NCBI GenBank assembly: GCA_965207075.1
Contig: CBDBLO010000002.1
Span: forward strand, 768,001-832,000
Reading direction: 5' to 3'
DNA length: 64,000 bases
Source of the DNA: Nitrosopumilus sp.
GTDB lineage: Archaea; Thermoproteota; Nitrososphaeria; Nitrososphaerales; Nitrosopumilaceae
The position numbers were made by a program, and so were the translations under genes. Position 1 is the first letter of the stretch. Each line of letters begins with the position of its first letter. Positions 10,682-20,431 of the stretch are shown here, piece by piece. The notes under the pieces were generated by a model that saw only the letters and a list, made by a program, of their open reading frames with translations, did not search any database and was not told the DNA's origin.

Positions 10682-13600
10682 ATGCACGCACCGTTCGAGC
10701 GCGACGGCCTCTTGCATGCGCGTGCAAGCCGCCGTCCCCGGGGGGGGGGGGGTGCAACAAAGGCGTCCTGCATAATTGTACTCCTTGCGGTCCTGGTGGC
10801 CTTGGGGTCTGCCGACCATTCCTACGCGCAGACCAGCGTTTCAGACAGGGACGTCGTTCTTCCGGGCAACGACGCCCCCCGCGGCATCTGGTCCGACGGC
10901 ACCACCATGTGGGTCGCAGACGATACTGATGACAAGATCTACGCCTACACGCTCGCCGACGGGACCCGCGACGACACCAAGGAGTTCGACCTCGACCCGG
11001 AAAACGCCGACCCTGCCGAGATCTGGTCCGACGAGACCACCATGTGGGTCGCAGACTATATTGACGGCAAGCTCTACGCCTATACGCTCGCCGGGGGCGC
11101 CCGCGACGTGGACAAGGACATCACCCTTGCCGACAGCGACACCCCTGCAGAGGACAACGGCAGTCCCTGGGGCATCTGGTCCGACGGCACCACCATGTGG
11201 GTCTCAGACTATGCTGACGGCAAGCTCTTCGCCTACACGCTCGCCAACGGCACCCGCGACACCTCAAGGGAGTTTGACCTCCACGCCGACAACGCCGTCC
11301 CTTATGAAATCTTGTCCGACGGCACCACCATGTGGGTCACAGACATTTTTGATGGGAAGCTCTTCGCCTATACCATATCCACCAAGGCCCGCGACGCCGC
11401 CAAGGACATAGACCTCCACAGTGACAACGTTTCTCCTTACGGCACCTGGTCCGACGACACCACCATGTGGGTCGCAGACGATGTCGCTGACAAGCTCTTC
11501 GCCTATACCATATCCACCAAGGCCCGCGACCCTTCCAAGGACATGGACCTCCACGGCGACAGCGGCGACCCGTGGGGCATCTGGTCCGACGGCACCACCA
11601 TGTGGGTCTCAGACTGGCGTGACGACAAGCTCTACGCCTACGCGCTCGACGGCGGCGCCCGCGACGACACCAAGGACATGGACCTCGCTGCGGCCAACGA
11701 AGACCCACGCGGCATCTGGTCCGACCGCACCACGATCTGGGTCGCGGACGCTGTTGCTGCCAAGATCTACGCCTATACGCTCGCCGACGGAACCCGCGAC
11801 CAACCAAGGGAGTTTGACCTCCACGCCGACAACGACGCCCCCCGCGGCATCTGGTCCGACGGCACCACCATGTGGGTCGCAGACTTAAATGATGACAATC
11901 TGTACGCCTATACGCTCGCCAACGGCACCCGCGACGGCACCAGGGACGTCGACCTCGCCGCCGGCAACTCCGATCCTCACGGCATCTGGTCCGACGGCAC
12001 CACCATGTGGGTCGCAGACTTACTTGATGACAGGCTCTACGCCTATACACTCGGCGGGGGCGCCCGCAGCGACACCAAGGACATAGACCTCCACGGCGAC
12101 AACGGTTCTCCTGCCGGCCTCTGGTCCGACGGCACCACCATGTGGGTGGCAGACCATGGTTCTGACAGGCTCTTCGCCTATGCGTTCCCAAGCGGCGGCG
12201 TGCCGGACGGCTCCCGCGACTCCGCAAAGGACGTCGGCCTTGACGACGTCAACGCCAACCCAGAAGGCATCTGGTCCGACGGCACCACCATGTGGGTCGC
12301 GGACTTGGCTGAAGAAAAGCTCTACGCCTATACGCTCGCCGACGGCACCCGCGACACCTCAAAGGACGTCGACCTCTACGCCGACCCCCGCGGCATCTGG
12401 TCCGACGGCACCACCATGTGGGCCGCAAACTCTATTGACGACAGGCTCTACGCCTATACGCTCGCCAACGGCACCCGCGACACCTCAAGGGAGTTCGACC
12501 TCCACAGCGCCAATACCAACCCCGCCGGCATCTGGTCCGACGGCACCACCATGTGGGTCGCAGACAATCACGATGACAAGCTCTACGCCTACAAGCTCTC
12601 AGACGGCACCCGCGACACCTCAAAGGAGTTCAACCTCCACAGCGCCAATGACAACCCCCGCGGCATCTGGTCCGACGGCACCACCGTGTGGGTCGTCGAC
12701 GATGGTGACGACAAGCTCTACGCCTACAGGCTGTCAGACGGCAGCAGGGACGCGTTGCGGGATTTCGACCTCCACGGCGCCAACGTCGATCCTTTCGGAG
12801 TCTGGTCCGACGGCACCACCGTGTGGGTCGCAGACAATACTGATGACAAGCTCTTCGCCTACGAGCTCCCGGACAGCAGGGACGCCGCAAAGGAGTTCGG
12901 CCTCGTCCACGACAACCCCCGCGGCCTCTGGTCCGACGGCACCACCATGTGGGTCGCAGACATTGTTGATGCCAAGCTCTTCGCCTACAAGATCTCCAAC
13001 GGATTCCGCGACCCCGGCAGGGACGTCGACCTCCACGCCGACAACTTCGCGCCCTACGGCATCTGGTCCGACGGCATAACGATGTGGGTATCAGGCGAGG
13101 ATGGTGACAATCTCTTCGCCTACACCATGTCCACCAAGGCCCGCGACTCTTCCAAGGAGTTCGACTTCGCCGCCGACAACAACGATTCCGCCGGCATCTG
13201 GTCCGACGGCACCACCATGTGGGTCTCAGACTGGCGTGACGACAAGCTCTACGCCTATACGCTCGCCAACGGCACCCGCGATGCCGGCAAGGACATAACG
13301 CTCCACGCCGACAACGCCGACCCCCGCGGCCTCTGGTCCGACCGCACCACGATCTGGGTCGCGGACGTTGATGATGACAAGCTGTACGCCTACAAGCTCT
13401 CAGACGGGAGCCGCGACCAGTCAAGGGAGTTTCCCCTCCACGGCTCCAACGCCGACTCCTCCGGCGCCTGGTTCGACGGCACCACCATGTGGGTCTCAGA
13501 CTGGGGTGACGACAAGCTCTACGCCTACGCGGCCAGGAGCGTCGTCGACGCCGGCGCCGCCCCGGCAGTCGACGCCGGCCCTGACCTGGCAGTCGACGAG

Positions 13601-16600
13601 GGCGGCTCGGTCACCCTGAACGGCACGGCGACCGACCCCGACGGCGACGACCTTACGTACTTTTGGACCGCCGGCCCCGGCGCGCCCGGCGGCGCCATAA
13701 CCGACGGCACCGCGCTCAACGCCACGTTTGTCGCGCCGCTGGTCGCCGCCGACACAGAGTTCGCCCTCACGCTTACGGCCAGCGACGGCGCGGACGCGGC
13801 ATCGGACACCGTCACCGTGACGGTCAGGGACGACGGGTTCAAGCTCGACCCGGAAAACGGCATAGCCACCGGCCTCTGGTCCGACGGCACCACGATGTGG
13901 GTCGCAGACCTTGCCGATGAGAGGCTCTACGCCTACGCGCTCGACGGGACCCGCGACTCTTCCAGGGACGTCCAATTTACCACATCCACGACCAATGCCC
14001 TACAAATCTGGTCCGACGGCACCACGGTGTGGGTCGCAGACGAGGTTTTTGGCAACATCGAAGCTTATGAGTTCTCGACCGGCGAGCCCGACGACGACAA
14101 GGACATAGACGTCGACACCGTCACCTACGGCGCACCCGGGGGGGTCTGGTCCGACGGCACCACGATGTGGGCCGCATCTGATAGCAGGCACCTCATCGCC
14201 TACGCGCTGGCCGACGGCACCGTCGACGCCGGCAGGGGGTTCGCCTTAGCCGAAAGCGCCATTCCTTCAGATGACAACGGCGATCCAACCGGCATCTGGT
14301 CCGACAACACCACCATGTGGGTCGTCGACGATAGTGACGACAAGCTCTTCGCCTACACGCTCGACGGGGGAGCCCGCGACCCCGGCAGGGAGTTCGACCT
14401 CGACCCAGGCAACGACGATCCCAAAGGCATCTGGTCCGACGGCACCACCGTGTGGGTCTCAGACAGTATTGATGACAGGCTCTACGAATACCCCCTGCCG
14501 GACAACGCGCTCCCGCAGGTAGACGCCGGATCAGACCGCACGGCCTACGAGGGCGACACGGTCACCCTGGCGGCCATAGCGACGGACAGCGACGCCGGCG
14601 ACGCCCTTACGCACTACTGGACCGTCAGCCCGGCCACGCCGGCCGTCGCCATAGGCAACGGCACCGCGCTGAGCACCGCGTTCGTCGCGCCGGACGTCGA
14701 CGCGGACACCGCGTTCACCTTCACGCTTACCGCAAACGACGGCACGGCAGACGCCACCGACACCCTTACCGTGACGGTCCGCGACGGCGCGCCGCCTGAC
14801 GGCCCACGCGACATCGCGAGGGAGCTTGACCTCGCCGAAAGCGCCTTTCTCATAGAGGACAACGGCGATCCTGCCGGCGTCTGGTCCGACGGCACCACCG
14901 CGTGGGTCGCGGACTGGGGTGAAGATAAGCTCTACGCCTACACGCTCGGCGGGGGCGCCCGCGACCAATCAAGGGAGTTCGACCTCGACAGCGCCAACGT
15001 TTTACCCGGAGGCGTCTGGTCCGACGGCACCACCGTGTGGGTCGCAGAAACGTCTGTTGCCAAACTCTTCGCCTACTCGCTCTCAAACGGCACCCGCGAC
15101 ACCGCAAAGGAGTTCGACGCCGACGGCCACTTTTTTATCAGTGGCATCTGGTCCGACGGCGCCACGATGTGGATCTCAGACTCGAACATGGGCAAGCTCT
15201 TCGCCTACTCGCTCTCAAACGGCACCCGCGACGGCACCAAGGACGTCGGCCTCGCCGCCGGCAACTCCGATCCTTACGGCATCTGGTCCGACGGCACCAC
15301 CATGTGGGTCGTAGACCAACTTGGTGATAAGAAGCTCTTCGCCTACACGCTCGCCGACGGCGCCCGCGACCCCGGCAGGGACGTCGACCTCCACGAGGAC
15401 AACGCCGACCCTTACGGTGTCTGGTCTAATGGCACCACCGTGTGGGTCGTGGACAACGCTGATGACAAGCTCTACGCCTATGCCCTGCCGGACAACGCGC
15501 TCCCGCAGGTAGACGCCGGATCAGACCGCACGGCCTACGAGGGCGACACGGTCACCCTGGCGGGCATAGCGACGGACAGCGACGCCGGCGACGCCCTGAC
15601 GTACTCTTGGACCGTCAGCCCGGCCACGCCGGCCGTCGCCATAGGCAACGGCACCGCGCTGAGCACCGCGTTCGTCGCGCCGGACGTCGACGCGGACACC
15701 GCGTTCACCTTCACGCTTACCGCAAACGACGGCACGGCAACCGTAACCGACACCCTTACCGTGACGGTCCGCGACGGCGCGCCGCCTGACGGCCCCCGCG
15801 ACATCGCGAAGGAGTTTGACCTCGCCGAAAGCACCTCTATTGAAGAGGACAACGGCGATCCTTACGGCATCTGGTCCGACGGCACCACCGTGTGGGTCGC
15901 AGACAAGGGTGATGAGAAGCTCTACGCCTACACGCTCGGCGGGGGCGCCCGCGACCAACCAAGGGAGTTCGACCTCTACGAGGACACCATCAATTTTTCC
16001 GGGTATAACCAATCTCCTTTCGGCATCTGGTCCGACGGCACCACCGTGTGGGTCGCAGACTATACTGATGACAAGCTCTACGCCTACGCGCTCGCCGACG
16101 GCGCCCGCGACCAACCAAGGGAGTTTGACCTCCATGCCGACAACGCCGATCCCACCGGCGTCTGGTCCGACGGCACCACCGTGTGGGTCGCAGACAATGG
16201 TGATGACAGGTTCTTTGCCTACGCGCTCGCCGACGGCACCCGCGACCAACCAAGGGAGTTTGACCTCCACGCCAACAGCACCGCTCCTGCCGAGGACAAC
16301 GCCGATCCAACCGGCATCTGGTCCGACGGCACCACCGTGTGGGTCGCAGACGGTACTGATGCCAAGCTCTACGCCTACACGCTCGCCGACGGAACCCGTG
16401 ATGCCGCCAAGGATGTTAGCCTCGACTCCGACAACGCCGATCCCACCGGCATCTGGTCCGACGGCGCCACCGCGTGGGTCGCAGACTTAAGTGATGACAG
16501 GCTCTACGCCTACACGCTCCATCCCAACGATCCCCCTGCAGTCGACGCCGGCTCAGACCAGACAGTCGACGAGGGCGACGCGGTCGCGCTGGCCGGCACG

Positions 16601-18127
16601 GCGACTGACCCCGACGGCGACGACCTCACGTACTCCTGGGCCGTCAGCCCCCCCACCCCGGACATCACGATAAACGGCGGCGACACCCTGAGCCCCACCT
16701 TTACGGCCCCAGAGGTCGACGCGGACACCGAGTTCGCCTTCACGCTCACCGCCAGCGACGGCACGGCCGCGGCGTCAGACGCGGTAACGGTAACAGTCCG
16801 GCACGCCAACGCGCCCCCGCAGGTAGACGCCGGGGCGGACCGCACGGCCTACGAGGGCGACGCGGTCGCGCTGGCCGGCACGGCGACTGACCCCGACGGC
16901 GACGACCTCACGTACTCCTGGGCCGTCAGCCCCCCCACGCCCGCCATCACGGTAAGCGGCGGCGACACCCTGAACCCCACCTTTACGGCGCCGGGCGTCG
17001 ACGCCGACACGGCCTTCACCTTCACGCTCACCGCCAGCGACGGCACTGTAGATGCCGCCGACGCCCTCATAGTGACGGTCCGCAACGTCGGCGCGCAGGA
17101 GCCCGTCGCCGACGACACGCCGGAAAGCGCCCTCACGGTCAGGGCGGGGCCGGCCCAGGTGGTGCCGGAGGGCGGCACGGTGGTGCTGTCGGGCGCCGCC
17201 GCGTCCCCGGGCGGAGGAGACATCGCGTACGCGTGGAGCCACAACGGCCCCCCAGCACTGGCGCTCTCCGGCGCCGCCTCCCAGACCGCCAGCTTTACGG
17301 CGCCCCGGGTGGACCGCGACTGGCACGTCACCTTCAGGCTGACGGCAAGCGACGGCGAGCACTCGGCGTATGACACCGTGCTGGTCATAATCAGGGACAT
17401 GCAGGCGGCGCGGCAGCAGAACGCGGCGCCGTCCCTCGCCCTCCCGGGCGGCCCGTACGTGCAGCTCATGAGGGGCGCCGCCTACCAGGGCCCCTCGTGC
17501 CACGACGCCGAGGACGGGATTATCGCGGGCATCTCCTCCACGGGCGCGGTCGACACCGGGACCCCGGGCACCTATACGGTCACGTACACCTGCACCGACA
17601 GCGGCGGCCTCTCGGACTCCGCGTCGCAGACCGTGGTGGTACACGCCTACAGGGCCCAGGTCGTCATGGGCCCGCCGAACCCCGCGATACTCGAGGTGGG
17701 CGCCCCCTACTCGGACCCCGGAGCCTCCTGCGAGTTCCCCGACGGCTCAAGCGGCCCCGCCGCCGTGGCGCGCAGCACCGTGGACACGTCGAGGCCCGGC
17801 ACGTACCTGGTCTCGTACGCGTGCAGCGGCCCGGAAGGCGAGGTCCTTGCCGCCGAGTCCAGGCGCGTCATAGTCAAGAGCCCCGGCGCCGACCTGGCGC
17901 CGGTCATACACCCCCCGTCGCCGATGACCATAACCGCGGGCCAGGCGTGGACCGACCCCGGCATAACCTGCACCGACGACCTCGACCCGGACCCCGTCGT
18001 GAGGGTGGCGGCCACGGACCTCGACATCTGGACGCCGGGCGAGTACCGCGTATACTACACGTGCACCGACGACGCCGGGAACGGGGCCACGGCCTCCCGG
18101 GTAGTCACGGTCGCGCCGCGGCAGTAG
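10682..18127 (+). CDS. giant secreted/surface protein: 35 GIWSDGTT beta-propeller blades (20+5+5+5), PKD-like domains, three C-terminal Cys-containing DUF5011-like Ig domains
   Basis: uninterrupted ~2480-aa ORF with strong GC3 bias; hydrophobic signal segment ending AYAQ-like (HSYAQ); VDAGPDxxVxEG modules; TATA-like TTATTAA at 10650 favours ATG 10682. Confidence 0.93.
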   Translation: MHAPFERDGLLHARASRRPRGGGGATKASCIIVLLAVLVALGSADHSYAQTSVSDRDVVLPGNDAPRGIWSDGTTMWVADDTDDKIYAYTLADGTRDDTKEFDLDPENADPAEIWSDETTMWVADYIDGKLYAYTLAGGARDVDKDITLADSDTPAEDNGSPWGIWSDGTTMWVSDYADGKLFAYTLANGTRDTSREFDLHADNAVPYEILSDGTTMWVTDIFDGKLFAYTISTKARDAAKDIDLHSDNVSPYGTWSDDTTMWVADDVADKLFAYTISTKARDPSKDMDLHGDSGDPWGIWSDGTTMWVSDWRDDKLYAYALDGGARDDTKDMDLAAANEDPRGIWSDRTTIWVADAVAAKIYAYTLADGTRDQPREFDLHADNDAPRGIWSDGTTMWVADLNDDNLYAYTLANGTRDGTRDVDLAAGNSDPHGIWSDGTTMWVADLLDDRLYAYTLGGGARSDTKDIDLHGDNGSPAGLWSDGTTMWVADHGSDRLFAYAFPSGGVPDGSRDSAKDVGLDDVNANPEGIWSDGTTMWVADLAEEKLYAYTLADGTRDTSKDVDLYADPRGIWSDGTTMWAANSIDDRLYAYTLANGTRDTSREFDLHSANTNPAGIWSDGTTMWVADNHDDKLYAYKLSDGTRDTSKEFNLHSANDNPRGIWSDGTTVWVVDDGDDKLYAYRLSDGSRDALRDFDLHGANVDPFGVWSDGTTVWVADNTDDKLFAYELPDSRDAAKEFGLVHDNPRGLWSDGTTMWVADIVDAKLFAYKISNGFRDPGRDVDLHADNFAPYGIWSDGITMWVSGEDGDNLFAYTMSTKARDSSKEFDFAADNNDSAGIWSDGTTMWVSDWRDDKLYAYTLANGTRDAGKDITLHADNADPRGLWSDRTTIWVADVDDDKLYAYKLSDGSRDQSREFPLHGSNADSSGAWFDGTTMWVSDWGDDKLYAYAARSVVDAGAAPAVDAGPDLAVDEGGSVTLNGTATDPDGDDLTYFWTAGPGAPGGAITDGTALNATFVAPLVAADTEFALTLTASDGADAASDTVTVTVRDDGFKLDPENGIATGLWSDGTTMWVADLADERLYAYALDGTRDSSRDVQFTTSTTNALQIWSDGTTVWVADEVFGNIEAYEFSTGEPDDDKDIDVDTVTYGAPGGVWSDGTTMWAASDSRHLIAYALADGTVDAGRGFALAESAIPSDDNGDPTGIWSDNTTMWVVDDSDDKLFAYTLDGGARDPGREFDLDPGNDDPKGIWSDGTTVWVSDSIDDRLYEYPLPDNALPQVDAGSDRTAYEGDTVTLAAIATDSDAGDALTHYWTVSPATPAVAIGNGTALSTAFVAPDVDADTAFTFTLTANDGTADATDTLTVTVRDGAPPDGPRDIARELDLAESAFLIEDNGDPAGVWSDGTTAWVADWGEDKLYAYTLGGGARDQSREFDLDSANVLPGGVWSDGTTVWVAETSVAKLFAYSLSNGTRDTAKEFDADGHFFISGIWSDGATMWISDSNMGKLFAYSLSNGTRDGTKDVGLAAGNSDPYGIWSDGTTMWVVDQLGDKKLFAYTLADGARDPGRDVDLHEDNADPYGVWSNGTTVWVVDNADDKLYAYALPDNALPQVDAGSDRTAYEGDTVTLAGIATDSDAGDALTYSWTVSPATPAVAIGNGTALSTAFVAPDVDADTAFTFTLTANDGTATVTDTLTVTVRDGAPPDGPRDIAKEFDLAESTSIEEDNGDPYGIWSDGTTVWVADKGDEKLYAYTLGGGARDQPREFDLYEDTINFSGYNQSPFGIWSDGTTVWVADYTDDKLYAYALADGARDQPREFDLHADNADPTGVWSDGTTVWVADNGDDRFFAYALADGTRDQPREFDLHANSTAPAEDNADPTGIWSDGTTVWVADGTDAKLYAYTLADGTRDAAKDVSLDSDNADPTGIWSDGATAWVADLSDDRLYAYTLHPNDPPAVDAGSDQTVDEGDAVALAGTATDPDGDDLTYSWAVSPPTPDITINGGDTLSPTFTAPEVDADTEFAFTLTASDGTAAASDAVTVTVRHANAPPQVDAGADRTAYEGDAVALAGTATDPDGDDLTYSWAVSPPTPAITVSGGDTLNPTFTAPGVDADTAFTFTLTASDGTVDAADALIVTVRNVGAQEPVADDTPESALTVRAGPAQVVPEGGTVVLSGAAASPGGGDIAYAWSHNGPPALALSGAASQTASFTAPRVDRDWHVTFRLTASDGEHSAYDTVLVIIRDMQAARQQNAAPSLALPGGPYVQLMRGAAYQGPSCHDAEDGIIAGISSTGAVDTGTPGTYTVTYTCTDSGGLSDSASQTVVVHAYRAQVVMGPPNPAILEVGAPYSDPGASCEFPDGSSGPAAVARSTVDTSRPGTYLVSYACSGPEGEVLAAESRRVIVKSPGADLAPVIHPPSPMTITAGQAWTDPGITCTDDLDPDPVVRVAATDLDIWTPGEYRVYYTCTDDAGNGATASRVVTVAPRQ
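10740..10752 (+). repeat. G13 homopolymer inside the 5' coding region
   Basis: run of 13 G upstream of the signal-peptide codons, currently in frame. Confidence 0.85.
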
Positions 18128-18373
18128 CGCGCCGCCGCCCATCACGCCGGTCCGCGAGGCGGCGCTCATGCCCGGGGCAGGCCGGACCCCCCCAGGAATC
18201 CGGACCGGCGCATCCAAAGAAGGGAGCCCCCCCACGCCGGCGGGCTCGCGCCGCCGGCATAAAGATCACATGACCAACCCTGCAGTCTGGGAAGGGCGCC
18301 GAGTTCATACGTATGCGCCCCCCACCCCGCCCATACCTTGGCGCACCGGTTGCGGCTCTGGACGGCCCTCCCC

Positions 18374-18989
18374 GTAACTGGTTGGGTTGAGCACGAGGCC
18401 AGACTTTCCAGATCATCAGATCTATCGTACTGGGCACGCACAGACGCAGTGTCAAGCCCCTCCGGGGTCAAGCTGCTGCGAGACGAGCTCGCACGGGTCA
18501 CGGCGGGGGTCAAAGAGGGATGCGGCCCTGGAGCAGCTGAACATACAGAACGAGCGGATGAGGGGTCAGCTGGGCGGGGGAGGCGGGCGCATCACATGCT
18601 ACGAGAGCCCGCACAGCCCGCCGTCTGCCAGCCCCATCCCCGAGAGGCGGAAGAAGGCGGCCCCAAGGAAGGACCCGGCGGACTACAGGAGGCCCGGGCG
18701 GAGGCCGGGGCGCGGGGGCGTCTCGCGCGGCCGCAGGCCGTCGCCGACCGTACACCACGTCCCCGGCAAGTGCGGGGGTGCGGCCGCGTCACGGAGGCCC
18801 CGTCGCTGTACGAGGACGGCGTCGGGGTTGCAGTCAGGGGGACGTCACTCGGGCCCGTCCTCGCCTCAAGGGCGGTGCAGATGTGGGAGAAGCACGTGAG
18901 CACGAGCGGGATCGCGGACATACTGAACGACGCCTTCGGGATTCAACTCGGGAGGGCCGCGGCGCAGGGCGCGCTGGCGGCCGCGGCGC
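18374..18989 (+). mobile_element. IS66-family remnant, copy 1 (left end plus 5' part, truncated)
   Basis: starts GTAACTGGTT; YESPHSPPS, RRPGRRPGRGG motifs; near-identical to the reverse complement of ~21160-21814. Confidence 0.8.
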
Positions 18990-19021
18990 ACGAATTGGCA
19001 CCAGCGCCTGTAACTGGTTAG

Positions 19022-20431
19022 AATACCTGATAACCCCTTCGACGTACCAGCCGTGATGAAGCGACCCCTGGCGGACTATGGGACAATGCACCCTTTGGTT
19101 AGAATGGGGCAATCCGAGCTGCTGTATGACTGGGCTGCGAGCCCTGATAGGAGTGTGCAGCTTCCGTTTCGTCAAAAATGCATCCGACCAGGAGGTGATG
19201 GCAAAGGATGAAGATGGGCATAGGAATCGACATCAGCAAGAAAAAGTGTGACTATTGCATAATCAACGGCAGGGGAAGGGTCCTCTAGCGTGGACAGTAT
19301 CTTAACACGCAAAAGGATGCAGGGCGGTGTGCGCGGACCATACTTGCCAAGTATGGCAGGATGGGAAACTGCACGGCCGCGTGTGGGACCACCGCCAACA
19401 TGTGGATTGCGACGGCCGACGCATTTGAGCGCGCCGGCATTGGGATCAAGCTTGCCAACTCATACAAGATGGCGCTGATCAACAAGACCGGAAAAAAGAC
19501 CGACAAGATCGACGCCGAGAAGATAGCGCAGATACTCAGGATGGGCTCGATACCGGAGTGCTACGTGCCGCCGGCGCGCACGCGCGGCGTCAGGAACATG
19601 GTGCGGCAGCATGTCCGTCTGGTGCAGGCAAGGACCAGGGTGGTAAACCGGGTACACAGCCTGCTTGACGCGCACGGCAAGACCGTGCATGCGGCCAACA
19701 TGTACTCGCACAAGGCACTGTCCTACCCGGACTCGCTCAGTCTTGGCGACGCGCAGGACGACTTTGTGCTGAGGCAGTGTGTCAGAAGGATGAGGCACTA
19801 CACAAGCGAGATTACGGAGATCGACAGGCAGTTGGAGGCAGAGGCAGCGCAGAACGAGGATGCAAAGCTGCTTGCCAGCATGACCGGCATTGGAATCTAC
19901 ACGGCCATGCTCCTGGCATCTGAGATATCCGAAATATCAAGGTTTGAGACTCCAAAACAGATGATCTCGTGGGCGGGACTGTGTCCGACCGTCAGGCAGT
20001 CCGGCAACGAGATGCGCCTTGGAAGGATAAAGAAGCTTGGCACCGACGGCCTGGTCAACTGGGCGGTGTGCGAGGCGGCCAACGTGGCAGTCAAGTACGA
20101 CGCGAGGATGAAGGCCGCATACGAGGCCGCATGCAGGCGGCACGCTGGCAAGCACATGCTTGGGATCGTTGTGGTGGCCCACAAGATGGTCACCATAATG
20201 TGGCACATGCTGAAAAACCGAACCCCATACGAGTCGCGCAACGATGATCTGTACAGGCGCAAGCTGGCCAGACTGGAGAAAAGACGGCAGGGCAAGGCAT
20301 AGCCACTGCACATGCACGTGTACATACCAACCTCTAGCGTTAGCTATAAACAGCATGTCCCCCTCCTAGGCGTGAGACGGATGGAATATCGGAAAGATCC
20401 GGCTCGTACGTTCAGGGGTTATCATAGGAGG
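19022..20431 (+). mobile_element. IS110-family element with subterminal inverted repeats (IS1111-like ends)
   Basis: imperfect IR 19028-19053 / 20400-20424; flanked by AG on both sides; its removal restores the IS66 end seen at 38849. Confidence 0.88.
19208..20302 (+). pseudogene. IS110-family DEDD recombinase with premature stop
   Basis: GIDISK, KTDKIDA, GIG, WAGLCPTVRQSG motifs; in-frame TAG at 19286-19288; the second catalytic E position reads G (ACGTTAN). Confidence 0.88.

Noticed and set aside
10880-16520. CRISPR-like pattern of a conserved ~35-bp repeat with variable intervening DNA
   Set aside because: The repeats are in-frame codons of one long ORF, the intervening segments are homologous to each other, and no cas genes are present
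19286-19288. Pyrrolysine or read-through of the TAG in the IS110 gene
   Set aside because: No pyl genes are seen and the gene has another inactivating change at a catalytic position, so a nonsense mutation is simpler
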